The translations under genes were made by a program, and so were the position numbers. Below, one piece after another: positions 1 to 13,735 of a stretch of DNA of 64,000 nt. The notes beneath the pieces are model-generated. The model did no database searches and was not told the origin of the DNA. It saw nothing but the letters and a program-made list of their open reading frames with translations. This stretch comes from Eledone cirrhosa (Eukaryota). Positions within the stretch are counted from its first letter, which is position 1. Each line of letters begins with the position of its first letter. The stretch covers positions 189,596,001-189,660,000 of the forward strand of contig OZ024743.1 in assembly GCA_964016885.1 (NCBI GenBank). The letters run 5' to 3'.

Positions 1-17
1 CATCTTACATGAAAAAA

Positions 18-160
18 ATCAACACCTGAGCTGGTGATGACCATGACGAGTGGAACAAAGTACTTGGCAGACACTGTGTTGGAAAAATGAACTGCAACAG
101 ACTCCTCCTTCTCAAGAAGTGTGCAGAACAAGAATTTATCATTACAAACACAGTGTTCAT
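18..160 (+). pseudogene. RTE-clade LINE AP-endonuclease fragment
   Basis: Translates to INT*AGDDHDEWNKVLGRHCVGKMNCNRLLLLKKCAEQEFIITNTVF, matching the RTE endonuclease segment after GDFNA (G.HG.G..N.NG..LL..C....L.ITNT.F). Confidence 0.75.
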
Positions 161-1367
161 ATTCTATAGATTATGCCATTTGGGAATATCAGACCACTCT
201 CAACCAGAAACTGTTTGAAAACCAGACACTTTCAGGAAATCTCATTCAGAAAAATTGAACCACTTCAAAGAAACTATAACTGAAACCACCAAGAAACAGA
301 CTCCTGTCCCCACCCAACACCTTGAATTTTTCCTTATTTACACTGTCTCTGTTATCAAAAACTTAGTCTTGTCCTGTGAGTGCATGTGAAATTCCAGATT
401 AACAAGGCTCACCATTTAGCTATAATAAAAGAAGTGACTGCTAGTGAGCTGATACTTTATTTATTGATCTTGGAAAAATAAAAAGCAAAGTAACTTGTGT
501 GGGATTTGAATTCAGAGCTTAGTGTGCATTGATGGCTTTCCCAATTCCTTGCCTTAATGTGTGAAATAGAGGCAAGTTAAATATTGTTGCAAAAACATAT
601 TTGGCCAAGGTGTAAGGCTGCATATAGTGAAATGCTCAATGCCTAAAGTTGACTAAATATTTACTAAATTCACAGGAATTCAGTTAATTAACAAATATAC
701 ACCAAGAAAATATAAAATTAGTTGAATTTAATATTAGTAAACAACTAATTAGTATAAAATAAAATATTGCAAAATAGAAAGGTAGGATGCCATGAGAAAA
801 GAGATTAAAACCGATGCAATTAAAGAAAAATATAAAGAGTTGCATAAATATATACATAGAGTTTTTTTTATAGATGAGAAGAAGCGTCAAGTGAGAGATA
901 TGTACATAAATAGAGAAAAAAGGGAACGCCGTGTATTTTCGATGTGACAGAAAGAAGTAGATAGACAGAAAGTTATGACTTCCCCCTCATCTACATAGAG
1001 AGAGGGGGAGCGCCAAGAAAGAGATATGTGCATAGTTAGAGAGAGAAAAGGGACGTCATTTGTTTAGAGAGAGAGAGTGTGTGTGTGTGGGGGGGGGGGT
1101 ATGTGTGTGTCACGGCGTCGCTCTCATCTTGTATATATTAAAGCAAAGGTTCTCAAAGTGGGTGCCATCACTCCTAGGGGCATTGAGAAGGCCCAGGGTG
1201 GCACTGGGGGTGACAGGGATGATATAATCATATATTAACTATCAAATAAATATACATATATATATATATATAAATATAGTAAAAGAAAAAAATATATATA
1301 ATATTTATTCATACATAATTTATATATAAGGAATAATAGAATACATACTAACGATTTTATTTATATA

Positions 1368-2533
1368 CTAGCTTCTAAGTGCCATATTTTACTAAACTAC
1401 CCCCCCCCCCCCCTCCACTGCCATCCATTGAGCCACCCTAGCACCGCATTGCGGCACCCTAGTTTCAAATTTCCATATTTTCCACACTAACAAAGGGGTT
1501 CACCCTATCTCCATATTTCCATACAGTGTCAATGAAGCTCCCCAAGTCCATATTGTGCCACCGTAGCTCGACAGTGCCTTAGTGTGATACCCTAGTTCCG
1601 AAGTGCCATAGTGTGGCAACCTAGCTTCAAAGAGCCATATATTTCCACACTATCTCTCCATTGACGTAGGGGTCACATTAGCTCCATATTTCTGTACTGT
1701 ATCACTTAAGCTCCCCAGTTCCATAGTATGCCACTCTAGCTCTGCAGTGCCATAGTGCAGCAACCTAGCTTCGAAGTGCATATTTTTCCACCCTATCTTC
1801 CCATTTCCATACTGCGACACCCTAGTTCCATATTTCCATATTGTGTCACTCAAACTTCCTAGTGCCATAGTGTGTCAGGAAGGGTGGCATAACTACCGGT
1901 AGAGAGAGGCTAAAAAATGACATAACTACAGATGGTGAGAGGTTACAAAGAGTGACATAACTATGGAAGGTGAGATGGCTGTAAAGGGTGGCATAACAGC
2001 AGACGGTGGGGGGCTACAAAGGGTGGCATAACTACTCCTTCTAGCCTCCCTCTGCCTGTAGTTATGTCACCCTTTGTAGCCTCCTTCCAGCCATAGTAAT
2101 GCCACCATATGTAGCCTCCCTCCGTCTGTAGTTATGCCATTTTTTCTAACCTCCTTCCACCAGTAGTTATTATACTCTCTCTAGCCTCCTTCCACCAGTC
2201 TCACCATATTTTATTATCCTATGTTCCCAGTGCCATACTGTCCCTTAACAGAATCTTAAGACGATGATGACGATGTGGATGATGACGAATATGATGATGA
2301 TGAGCATAGTTTTTTACATCATTCCCCTTCCTCCATTTTACACATTCATACATTCAAACACACACTCTTACACACATGCCCACATACTCACAGAGCTTTG
2401 TGCAAAAGTTGAAACATAGATTTTGTTTTTTTTGCCATAGAATTTTCACTTTCCCCCTTCCTCATTTTAACTCATTCATCTCATGGGCGAACTGACACAT
2501 CCACGGACTCGATTCAACTTTTATTCATATAGA
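1368..2533 (-). mobile_element. Putative non-autonomous Helitron-like element with internal tandem arrays
   Basis: On the minus strand it starts A^TCTATATGAATAAAAG (2533) and ends CTAG^T (1368), with no TSD. It contains a degenerate ~30-bp array (~1370-1875) and a ~36-bp array (~1880-2200). No clear subterminal hairpin, and the CTAG also occurs in the repeat unit. Confidence 0.45.
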
Positions 2534-2964
2534 TAAATTGGATTGATTCTTCCTTGTTCTTCAGTGGTATAATCTGGTCCCTTGGTTAGTTTTAGCAGAG
2601 TCTACTAAGTTACAAGTGTTTGAGTAAGGTTTTTTGTCTAAGAATAACTGTAGTATAGGCAGGAACGGTGACCATGTTCTAATCACCTGTACTGTCCTGT
2701 GCTGAAGTGTTGTCAGTGCCTCGATTGTGGGATCTAAGTCTTGCCATACTGGTGTATTGTTGGCGATGGAAATTATCTATGAAGATGGGACAATGGTCAT
2801 GTATGTATGCATGTGTGTTGCTATGCATTGCGTTCATAGCGGGAAGGCAATTCGTATTCATAGTTCGTATTTGTAGGATTCATGGAAGAAGTGTCATGGG
2901 AGCAGTGTATTCACAAGCAGTGCGGTCCCCAAAAGACCTGCATGTATATCCCGAACGAGGGGAA

Positions 2965-4702
2965 AAAACGACTGGCTAGTCCGATGGCGGGACCATTTCT
3001 CCGAGCTGCTCAACCAGCCGCCACCATCCATGCTAACCTACATGCAGCCTTCCGGAGAAGAATACGGGTGCAGAACTGCCCCTCCAATGGTCGAGGAGGT
3101 ACGTGGTGTCCTGGCACATCTCCGGAACAACAAGGCGCCGGGCGAAGATGGCGTTCCAGCTGAGGTCTACAAGGCCGAGCCTGATGTCTTTGCAGCTTGG
3201 CTCCATTGAGTCTTCTCCTCGGTGTGGGCGATGGAGCGGTTCCCTGGTGACTGGAGTGAGGCAACTCTCCTACCCTTCTTCAAAAAGAGCGACAGGAAAC
3301 TGTGTTCCAACTACAGGGGTATCAGTTTAATTGACGTTGCTGATAAGACCTTTGCAATTCTTCTGCTAAAGAGGTTCCAGGTCATCCGTGATGTCCGTAC
3401 TCGTCCTTCTCAGGGTGGCTTCCATCCGGGGAGGGGGTGCGTTGATCAAATCTTCATTCTCCGGCATGTGCTGGAACAACAGTGGGCACATCAACAGCCT
3501 ACCGTCCTCTGCTTCATCAACTTTGCAGCTGCCTTCGACTCGGTAGATCGGGAAGCCCTATGGCGTATAATGCAGGCGGACGGCATCCCAGTGAAGCTGC
3601 TTCATCTCATACAGGGCTACTACCAGTCGACTCGGGCTCAAGTGAGGGTCTATGGGGAGATGGAGTCGTTCGATGTTGGGACCGGTGTTCGGCAAGGGTG
3701 TGTGCTATCGCCAACTCTCTTTAACTATGCCATTGACTACACTCTCAACACAGCACTCCAAGATTACCTGGGCGTAGAGGTCGAGAGATGGGGATCGTGG
3801 TGACGGACCTGGCCTACGCGGATGACATCGTGCTGATGGGCGCTAATGGGAAAGATGTACAGGGTGCACTCGAAAGGGTGCACACTGCAGCTGCTGCTGT
3901 TGGTCTACGAATCAATGCCTCCAAGTCAAAGGTCATGACGTCACTGGTCTCGCCTGATGCCTGGCAGCCAATATCTCTCGAGGGCGTGGACCTGGAGGAT
4001 GTGGAGTCCTTCATTTTCCTGGGCTCAACAGTGGTTCCAATGGGACAGGGCGCAGCCGGGGTCAAGCGTCGCATAGGTGCTGCCAGATCCGCTTTTGGGC
4101 GCCTGCAGCGGTGTCTGTGGGACAGAAGAGAGATCACCTCAGTGACCCAAGGGCGAATCTACCAGGCCGTCGTTCACACTATCCTCCTCTATGGCTGTGA
4201 AACATGGCCTATGAGGGTAGTCGATCAACTAGGGCTGGAGGTCTTCGACAATGACTGTCTCCGCCACATTCTTCGCTGCCGACGCGTTGATCGGGTACCT
4301 ACCACCAGTCTTCGTCTTCGCTTGAATCTTCGACCCCTTCCTTCAGTGCTTCTGCAACGGCGCTTGAGATGGCTTGGTCACGCGGCCCGGTGCCCTGAGG
4401 GTGAGCTGATCCGCGATGTTCTCCTCCCACCTCCACTCCCTAACTGCCGCAAGCACGTTGGTGGGCAGCTGAAGATCTGGGCAACGACGATCAAGGAGGA
4501 CCTCTCCGAACTCTCAGGTCCACAGGTGGCTGGCATGCGCCGATGGAACCGTGACTGGCTCGCTATCTCCAGTGACCTAGCCCGGGACCGTCGTGCGTGG
4601 GCTGCCATGGTTCGGGATGCCGTCAGGACAAGGGAAGAAGCCGGCTCAACCTGTCCAGGGTGAATGTCGACACAAGTACAAGTACAAGCACAAGTAAAAG
4701 TA
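2965..4702 (+). mobile_element. 5'-truncated GC-rich RTE-clade LINE (RT to C-terminus), (CAAGTA)n tail
   Basis: ORFs 3222-3803 and 3788-4663 contain NYRGISL, GVRQGCVLSP and LAYADD; NNKAPGEDG lies upstream in frame. TGA at 3207-3209, frameshift near 3785, tail caagta-like x5 at ~4673-4702. Confidence 0.93.
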
Positions 4703-4706
4703 TGTA

Positions 4707-4745
<39 letters not shown>

Positions 4746-7700
4746 GTGTGTGTGTATATGTGTGTGTGCATGAATGTTTAGTGTGTTTTCTTACTATAGG
4801 AATAAAGGAGAACCATTTCAAATCAGTACTCAATACAATATAGCATCCGTGCACAATACAATACAGCTCCTTATTACAAAATAAGATTTGCATTTTGTAA
4901 AGACATGTATATATATATATATAACTCTTGCTAACAGTGTGTATGTATGCATGCATGCATGTGATTGTCTCCATGTCTTTATTTCCTATTTGGCAGCTCT
5001 TGCAACTACCCAGTTGCACATGCTAAAATCTGCGCATAACCTAAAAAACAAATAAAGGTTGGTACAAATAAGTGCAGCCTGCTGTAAAATACCTCCTCAA
5101 AAAAATTTCATCAAACACATGCTAGTATAATAAAATGGATGCAAGGGGTGAGAGAGAGTTAGGCATGGTATAGGCAAAAATAAATATTGGTGTGTCAAAT
5201 AAATATGAATGCTATTTCATGTTTTATTACATTGAAGTTATGCCTTTTTATATCCATATTGACTCGACTGTTATATCTTATGTCCAATAAAATAAGTACT
5301 AGAAGATGTAAAGGGGCTGATATAATTGACTAAAATCCCTTTAAGTTGTACCCCAGCATGGCCACAGTCTAATGACTAAAACTAGTAAAAGAATTGAAAA
5401 CAGCGTTTTATTAACTTTTTTTGTTTGTTTGTGCTGTGCCTATCTTGTAATTGTTTACAAATGTTATCTCCTACAGCATTTATCACTTGATTTTATTTCC
5501 TCGTCAATTTTATTTCAATAGATTGTTTTCATACAATGTGGCTAGAAGTTAATTGAAAACTCAAAGATACATTTTAATGTTTTACCATTTAACTGAAATT
5601 GTTATCGTAAACACATTAAATAAAACTTGTTATTATTACTTTTGGCAACTAGTTATACATTTTTACCATTATATTATATATTATGAAATAACTCTGATAT
5701 TGATTCCTTATATTGACAAAAGTTTGCATAGGAGAAATATAGTTGAATGATTATTACATATTTTACTGGTTCTCAAGGAGAAAGAATAGCCCAAAACAAA
5801 ATTAATCACTGCTCATACCCAAAGCTCAATAAGATTGCTTAACCTACTAGAATTACCAGCCCAAACTCCCTCAACTAATACACTCATCATCATCATCCTC
5901 ATCATCATTTAATATCCATTTTTCCTGCTAACTATGATTGTTCAGGTGCATTTTATTTTGGCACCAGCACTAGAGAGGCTCTCATGTCTGACATAACTGA
6001 AAAGTCCCTTTTACCCCTTGTTTGGCAAGCCCTACACAGCTGGATATCATTCCCATCACCAACCATTTTAAAGAGTGCACTGGGTGGATTTTATTGTATC
6101 CACACCACTACTAGAGAGGTTTGTATTGCTCATGACACAATTGAAGGTTACTCTTATCTGTTTTTGTATATATATTTATATAGCAGGGAAAACGGGCATT
6201 AAATGATGATGATGTATATTATCATCATCATCATAAAATAAGACACATTTGATAATATAATCCTGAGTTTCCTGCACAAAAGAAAAATACAAAATGGTCG
6301 AACTTGGTCTGAAGTAACCTGAGGCTAAACTGTAACAACACAGAGCTGTACTCAGCTGTGCAGTGAAAGCGAAAGTGAAAATATGATTACTGAAATGATG
6401 ATAACAACTTCTACAATAATTATTCTTCCGAACATTGGCACAAGGCCAGCAATTTAGGTGAAGGGAAAAGTCGATTATATCAACACCAGTACTTACTTAG
6501 TACTTATATTGATACCATTATTTAACTGGAATGATGAAAGGCAATGTTGAGCTTGCTGGGATTTGAATTCAGGATATAGAAAGTCCGAAAGTTATATAGG
6601 CACAGCTAGCAATTTTGGGGGAAGGGGAAATAAACATACATAGGTCTCACTGTGATCATACAAAACATAACTTCCTATCTGTGTAAAAGCATTATATTCA
6701 TATTTCCTGATTATTTTCATTCATTAGTAATACTAAAGTGTTGAATTTTACAACTTCTTAGAGATTTTGTAATTGAATAATTTTCCTGGGGTCTTATTGA
6801 TATATAGATCAGCAAGTTAATAGTAATAAACAGTATCCCAGAGGAAGCTGAGGTATTCAAAACTGATGTCAATCCATTCCATTCTCTGCATAATTGATGA
6901 TTGAGGAAGCCAGTATAAGGTAATAATCCCTGATAATCTGGTAATGGAATTCCTTTCTGAACAATAAAACCCCATTAAACTTAGTTTTTCCATGTTTTAA
7001 AGTATAAATATATATGTGTACATACATATATATATAAATGTGTATGAGTGTATATGTCAGTTTGCATATATGTATATAGACTCACACACACATATATTAG
7101 TATGTATAGAATAGAATAGACTGACATTGGTTTCAACAATGAGTGCCCCAGTTGTTTTATCACCAGAGCAGCCTGATCATATCATTAACATATAAGTGGC
7201 TTAGAGTTTCTTTTGCACATGTACCCTTAACGTAATTTTCACGGAATTTTAGTATGTGATCATTTTGGTTAATTGAATTACAGATAAAATTCATCTAATG
7301 AGCTTCCAAACAGTTTCCATCAACGGACTCCCCTTTTCAAGTCATGACTTTTCTTAAGGTTGTTGTAAATGAAGTAGAATTGAACCTGAGTCCTTATAAT
7401 TGTGAAGGGAACTTCTTTACCATTTGTCCATACATATACATATATAACTTCTAAATATATTATATGTACACAGAATAGAAATAATGAATAATGGTTTAAA
7501 AGAAACAAGAGAGATGCAAAAACAAATATTTTCCCAAGATACTTCATTCAATTCTCAGATATTTCAGATGTATTGAAAGCAATGTGTTTAGTCACTGTTG
7601 ACATATATCTTTGTAATACATTTCTCTGTGATAAAATGGGACAGAAGTAAAAAAAAATCATTCCAAAGAATAAATAAATAAATAAAATACAAACACAGAT

Positions 7701-8552
7701 CAAACCATGTCAAACGAAACCATGAAATAGAAAAACAGATAAACAGAGTTTATTTAGTCTTTGTTGTTGTACTAACAAACAGTAAAATTGTTAACTTTTC
7801 TTTGAACAGAGAAACTGGCATATTTACAGTTCTGGACCTTTAGGCTGTGATAAGAGGGTATTTCATTGCCAAGTGATGCGTATAACTTGGCTTGGCATCA
7901 CCTGAAAGAGTTCTATTACAGTAGATTTAAATTCTCTTGGGTCCACCAATTCCAAGACAGATGAAGTGTGTTTGATATATTGCCAATATGGCTGTAATAT
8001 TCCCTCCAAAAGCTTGTATATTTAACTAGAAAAAGTGGAGAGTTTATTAGAAAAAAATGTTTTTCTGTACATAGATTTATACATATACTTAAACCATGAT
8101 TATTCAAAGGACACAGGCAGAGTGCATTTTGTTTGGATAGCTGATTGTTCAGATAAATGATTTGATCATAAACAGAAACTATACTGAACATAATTATATA
8201 ATAAAACATGTTAAAATAGTTTTTATGAGTTTGATAATGCTACACTCTTATTGCAAACTTTGATGCCTTTTCATCGCTATCTAGACACTGTAAAATCTTG
8301 CCTTTTATTTGATTGTCAATTGTATCCTTTTATTCTTCAGGCATGGTATTCAGAACAAATGTGTTTACATCAAAATGATACCTACTTAGAACAATGTTGA
8401 AGAGCAATGAATGCTTTTTCAATGCTTTTACATCCTATGGCATCTCTGCAATTGCTATGGATTAAAATTATTTTAACATGTTCTTCAGTAATCTACATTC
8501 AGCTTTAATCATTTTATACAAAGTATAAAACAATATCACCAGTATTATTCTC

Positions 8553-8740
8553 AAGGGCGGTGGATCGGCAGAGGGTCGGATGCCATGCTTCGCAGTATAG
8601 AGTTATGGCCCTTTATGATCTGAGTTCAAATCCCGCCGAGGTTAACTTTGCCTTTCATCTTTACGGGGTTGATAAAAATAAAGTACCAGCAATACACTGG
8701 GGTAATTGCTGTCCTTGTGCCAAAAGTAGAAACAATTATT
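8553..8740 (+). mobile_element. tRNA-headed SINE with Deu/Nin-like domain (decayed)
   Basis: B-box-like GAGTTCAAATCC followed by GCCTTTCATCTTTACGGGGTTGATAAAAATAAAGTACCAG; related copies recur through the window. Confidence 0.65.
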
Positions 8741-8851
8741 CTCTAGTTCAAGTTACACAGAGTATGGGAATTAAATATTCACTGAATTATCAGATCTTGT
8801 TCAGATAAAGTGAATTTCAGATAACCAAGTTTTTACTCTACATGCCTACAC

Positions 8852-8854
<3 letters not shown>

Positions 8855-8936
<82 letters not shown>

Positions 8937-8941
8937 TATAT
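8855..8941. repeat. (TA)n microsatellite
   Basis: Near-perfect TA run. Confidence 0.95.
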
Positions 8942-9278
8942 GATATTAATCTAACAATGAAAATTATAACAACAAAGTCAAGTTATTTTACCGATTCATA
9001 TCATTGTTTTACGATCGTTTTAGAGGGTTGATCATATTGACATATAGACTGAGCTATAGCAGTTATATAACTGTGTACTTCATATATTGGTTCGATCAGA
9101 CCGTCTTCTTCGGAAACCTTTCTATGGATTTCACTGGATTATTTGCTATCAGATTACATTGAGTTCTATCTATGGTACGGACCCTACCACGAAGGGTAGA
9201 CCACATTAAAAAAAAAAAGAAAATATATATATATATATATATATATAGGAGCAATAAGCAGCAAGCACTCACTGGAAA

Positions 9279-12200
9279 CATCATCATCATCATCATCATC
9301 ATCACCGTTTTACGTCCGTTCTTCCACGCTAGCATGGGTTAGACGGGTTGTCCTGTTGTTGGCAGTGTCTGGTCGGCTGACCATGCGTTGTTCATACAGG
9401 AACTGATTTGGCTTGATTTCTACAGCTGGATGCCCTTCCTAGCACCAACCTCATTTACAGTGAGTGCTGGGTGCTTTTTCGTGGCGCCTACACGTCCACT
9501 TTACAGTGTGGGCTGGGTGCTTTTTTGCCGTGGCACCTCCACGACCACCTTGCGGTGGGGGGTGTGGGGGCATATTGTCTATATGCTTCAGCTTGTACCC
9601 ATGGGAGGTTGGGTACTCTGTATTACTGCGTGACGCCAGAAGTCACGGTCGTGTGTCATTGCCTTTGAGAGGTGTAATTGGGTAAGGTCGGCTTTTATCA
9701 CCTCATCCCAGCTTATCTTGGGTCTCCCCACTCCACGGTTTCCATCAACTTCTAGTGCTCAGCACCTTTTTATGCAGCTGTCATCCTTCATACGCATCAC
9801 ATGTCCATACCAGCGCAACCGCCTCTCCTCCACACAGCATTTGATACCTCTTATGCTCAGTCTCTCTCTCAATTCATTTATGCTTTGTCGTTCACGTATA
9901 TTACTGTTACACATCCATCGGAGCATGCAGGCTTCGTTTCTCTCTAATCTACGTAAGTCTTCCACCTTCAGCGCCCAGGTCTCACTACCATGCAACATTG
10001 CTGTTCGGATACACGCATCATACAGTCTGCCTTTCATTCTGAGTGAGAAGGCTTTTGCAGCTAGCAGTGGTAGTAGTTCCCTAAACTTCTTCCATCCCGT
10101 TCTTACCCTAGTTATTGTACTTTCTGAACACCCACCTCCGCTGCTAGTTTGGTCACCTAGGTAGCAGAAGCTGTCTACTGTTTCTACAGACCCCTCCCAG
10201 AGATTGGTGGTACTTGTTTCCTGTGGCTGTTTGCTGCTTGCTGTCTCAGCACAGCTGCTGCACGTGAAACCTACATTCTTAATTAAGCTTCCTGAGATCC
10301 CGCTACATCTCTTGTGTACCCATTGTTTGCATTTGGGGCAGAGAATGGAGTTCCTACCTACACCTTTCCTACATACTGAGCAAGGCCATTTCCCTGAGGG
10401 GATCTGGGTTCTGTTTTCTCGTCTACTTACAAGGACCTTAGTCTTTGTCATGTTGACTTTGAGACCCTTACTTTCTAGTCCCTGCTTCCAAGTTTGGAAT
10501 TTATTCTCTAGTTCTACCATAGATTAAGCTATGAGTGCGAGGTCATCAGCATACAGGAGTTCCCATGGGCATCCGGTCTTAAACTCCTCCGTTATTGCCT
10601 ACAGGACTATGATGAACAGGAGGGGGCTAAGAACTGAGCCCTGGTGCACCTCGACCTGTACGCTAAATTCCTCGCTATACTCATTGCTAATCCTAACTTT
10701 GCTGACTGCTCCCCTATACATGGCTTGTACCGCTTTCACAAGCCATTCATCTACTGCTAGTTTTCTAAGAGCCCACCAGATTACAGCACGTGGAACTCTG
10801 TCAAAGGCTTTCTCAAGGTCAACAAATGCCAAGTAGAGTGGCTTACTTTTTGCTAGGTAATTTTCCTGTAATTGCCTCACAAGGAAGAGGGCATCAGTGG
10901 TGCCTCTTCCTGGTACAAACCCAAATTGCATCTCGTCTATTTTCACCCGGTCCCTAATCAACTGTGCTATAACTCTTTCTGTTACTTTCATGACCTGGTC
11001 CATCAACTTTATACCTCTATAGTTTCCTCTATCTAGTGCATCGCGTTTACCTTTGTAGCAGTTGACAATGATGCTACTGCACCAATCTTTTGGTATGACA
11101 CCTTCTAGTATTACCTGGTTAACAATACGTGTGGTTATAGTGTGACCTACAGACCCAGATGCCTTCAGCATCTCGGCAGCTATACACGATGGACCGGTTG
11201 CCTTCCCCATCTTCATATCTTTGATTGCCTTACTTACTACGCTGCTGCTGACTTGTACTGCTGGCCCCTCTATAGGGTCTACTTGGGGTAGGGTCTCTTC
11301 TTCCCATGCATTCTCCTCATTTAGTAATCTATCATAATGACTCTTCCATGCATCTTTCTTCTCAGCACTTGTGAGGGCAAGCTCACCTTTATCATTCTGG
11401 ATACACTTCTCTCCAATGTCATCACAACTATCTCTGACACACTGCCTCGCAATCTTGAATACCTCCTGTTTCTGGTCCTCACGTTGCAAAACATGCTTGA
11501 ATTTTCTATCCTCTGCTTCCCTCCTAGCTAAGTATACTTGTCGCCTAGCTTCCCTCTTGGTTTCTACGTAATGTACCCTGCTCCCCCCGTTCTTCCATTC
11601 TTTCCATGCCTGTCTCTTGGCCTTAACTGCTTCATCTACCTTATTGTTCCACCACCAAGTCACTCTCCTCCTGCTTGAGGTCTTACTCCAGCCAAAGACC
11701 TCATCTGTCGCCTCTAGTAAATTATTTTTTATGAACTCCCAGTTCTCTTCTACATTAAATGTCTCTATCTGTTCTTTACTGTCGTAGGCGTTGAGTAAAA
11801 TATCTTTAAATCTGTTACTAGTTGAGAGGACTTTCAGCTTCCAGATCTTTCTTCTCCAGGTTGGCCTCTGTTTCCAGGTTCGACTAATTCTGACCGTGAG
11901 GTCGCTGACAACTAAGCTATGTTGGGATGTACATTCCTCACTAGGTAAGGCTTTTGTGTTTACGACCGTCCATCTGTCACGTCCTCTGGTGAGGATAAAA
12001 TCTATCTGACTGGAGTGCTCCCCTGATCTATAGGTGATCAGGTGGTTGTCGGGTTTTTTTAAGTTTGTGTTACATATCGACATGTCTTTGGCGTCGCAGA
12101 ATTCTAGAAGTCTGAATCCTTTCTCATTTCTTGTGCCAACCCCATAGCCTCCATGTACTCTATTGAAGCCGTCGCAGTGTTTACCTACATGTCCGTTAAA

Positions 12201-12480
12201 ATCTCCTGCGATGATTAGGAAGTCATTGTCGTCTGTTAGAGCAGTAGTGTGCATTAGGGACTCGTAAAACCTATCCTTAAGTTCGTCTGGCAGCCCCGAT
12301 TGGGGTGCGTAAGCTGATATTATTGTGGTAATTGTTTTATTCAGGACTAGTCTGAGTTTAATGATTCTTGCATTTACTCTGTACACTGAGATTACTTTAT
12401 CTACCCACTTGTCAGCTAGTAGTATACCTACACCACCCATCCCATCGTCATTTCCCACCCAGAACAATTTGTAGCACCGA
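9279..12480 (-). mobile_element. Near-complete RTE LINE (EN-RT-PHD-like finger), 5'-truncated within EN, subfamily A 3'UTR
   Basis: ORFs 10599-12509 and 9759-10520 are in one frame, broken by three stops (~10600, ~10525, ~9760). Motifs: YAPQ, GDFNGHVG, QIDFIL, NYRGIKL, LLYADD, CSVC..CPKC..H..C..CSSC. (GAT)n tail at 9279-9304. Confidence 0.96.
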
Positions 12481-12511
12481 CTTTGTAGCACCGAAACAAG
12501 CTCAATCAAAT

Positions 12512-13120
12512 GTTTAGAGGGTTCTGTAAAGGCAGTTGACAGCTTCTGGTACCTGGGTGACCAAATTATTAGCAGTGGAGGTGGATCTTCTGGAATTACT
12601 GTAGCCAGGATGGAAAACGTTCAGAGAGCAACTACCACCACTGCTACCAAAAGTTTCTCCCTCAAAATGAAGGGCAGATTTTATGATGCATGTATATGAA
12701 CAGTGATGTTGTATGGTAGTGACAACTAGGCAATGTGCGCAGAGGACTTATGAAAATTGGAAAGAAATGAAACCTGCATGCATCGATGGATGTGTTATAG
12801 TAATATATAAACAGCAAAGCATAAATGGAGAGAAACTGGGTATAAGAGAAATCAGATGCAATATGCATGTGCAGAAGAAGAGATTGCACTGGTATGCACA
12901 TGTAATGCATATGAAGGGTGGCAGCTGTATAAAAAAGTGCAGGACACTCAAATTGATAGTGGCTATGAAAGAAGAAGATGTTGGACATCTTAGGATGAAG
13001 TGATAAAAGCTGACCTCACAAAATTATACCTCTCAAAGGCAATGGCGCAGGATTAAATTCTCTGCCATTATGCAGTACTGCAGAAGACCTGCCTTCCCAT
13101 GTGAACAGGAGCAGAAAGCA
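12512..13120 (+). mobile_element. Older RTE LINE 3' fragment, head-to-head with the previous copy
   Basis: Frameshifted homology: VDSFWYLGDQ, SLKMKGRFYDAC, RLHWYAHVMHMK. Confidence 0.85.
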
Positions 13121-13544
13121 AAATCTTGTGGTCACTAGTATGCACAACTTCCTTCCTTCCCCTGCCATACACTTCCCACGTTTTAACACTCCATCCCCCA
13201 CCATTCATCAGCTAAGTATTCCACCCTTGACCTACTTTTCCAATCCCCATCCGACATATACGCAACCCACACTTTCCACATCTGATATGTCTTTCTTGTC
13301 CATTCAAGCATGGAAAGCTAGACATGTCACCCACTGCCCCACAATATTGTTGAAATGTCTAAAATCTCCCAGTCTACCTTGTAAGGTAACCAGGCTGGTG
13401 ACAAAAAAAACACCAAGTCCACCATGTAAGGTGCTTGTGTTGGTGGCATGACAAACAAGCACTCACTCCACCCAGTAAGATGGTCGTGCCAGTGACATGA
13501 CAAATTTTTGGCCTTGTGCCTATGTAAGAAATTATTATTATTGG

Positions 13545-13735
13545 CAGTATCAGCTGGGTGTTGGACAACATGCTTTGCAGAATAGAGTTACAGCCCTTTA
13601 TATTCTGAGTTCAAATCCTGCCTTTCATCCTTACAAGGTCATAAAATAAACTATGACTTATTCACTGGGGTTGATTTAATCAAAATTTAATCCCCAAAAT
13701 TGTTGGCCTTGTGCCTCAATGAGAAATCATTATTA
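13545..13735 (+). mobile_element. Deu/Nin-like SINE fragment
   Basis: TTCTGAGTTCAAATCC..GCCTTTCATCCTTACAAGGTCATAAAATAA..GGCCTTGTGCC, followed by an (ATT)n tail. Confidence 0.6.

Noticed and set aside
4378-5019. 213-aa minus-strand ORF and other antisense ORFs over LINEs (e.g. 9718-10164, 28471-29094)
   Set aside because: Shadow frames of RTE coding sequence and microsatellites.
7780-8840. Host exon or pogo/Tigger transposase
   Set aside because: No convincing reading frame; only a Tigger-like end near 8810-8840, too weak to call.
12480-12520. Twin-priming inversion within a single LINE insertion
   Set aside because: The plus-strand part duplicates sequence already in the minus-strand copy and is far more decayed, so these are two insertions.
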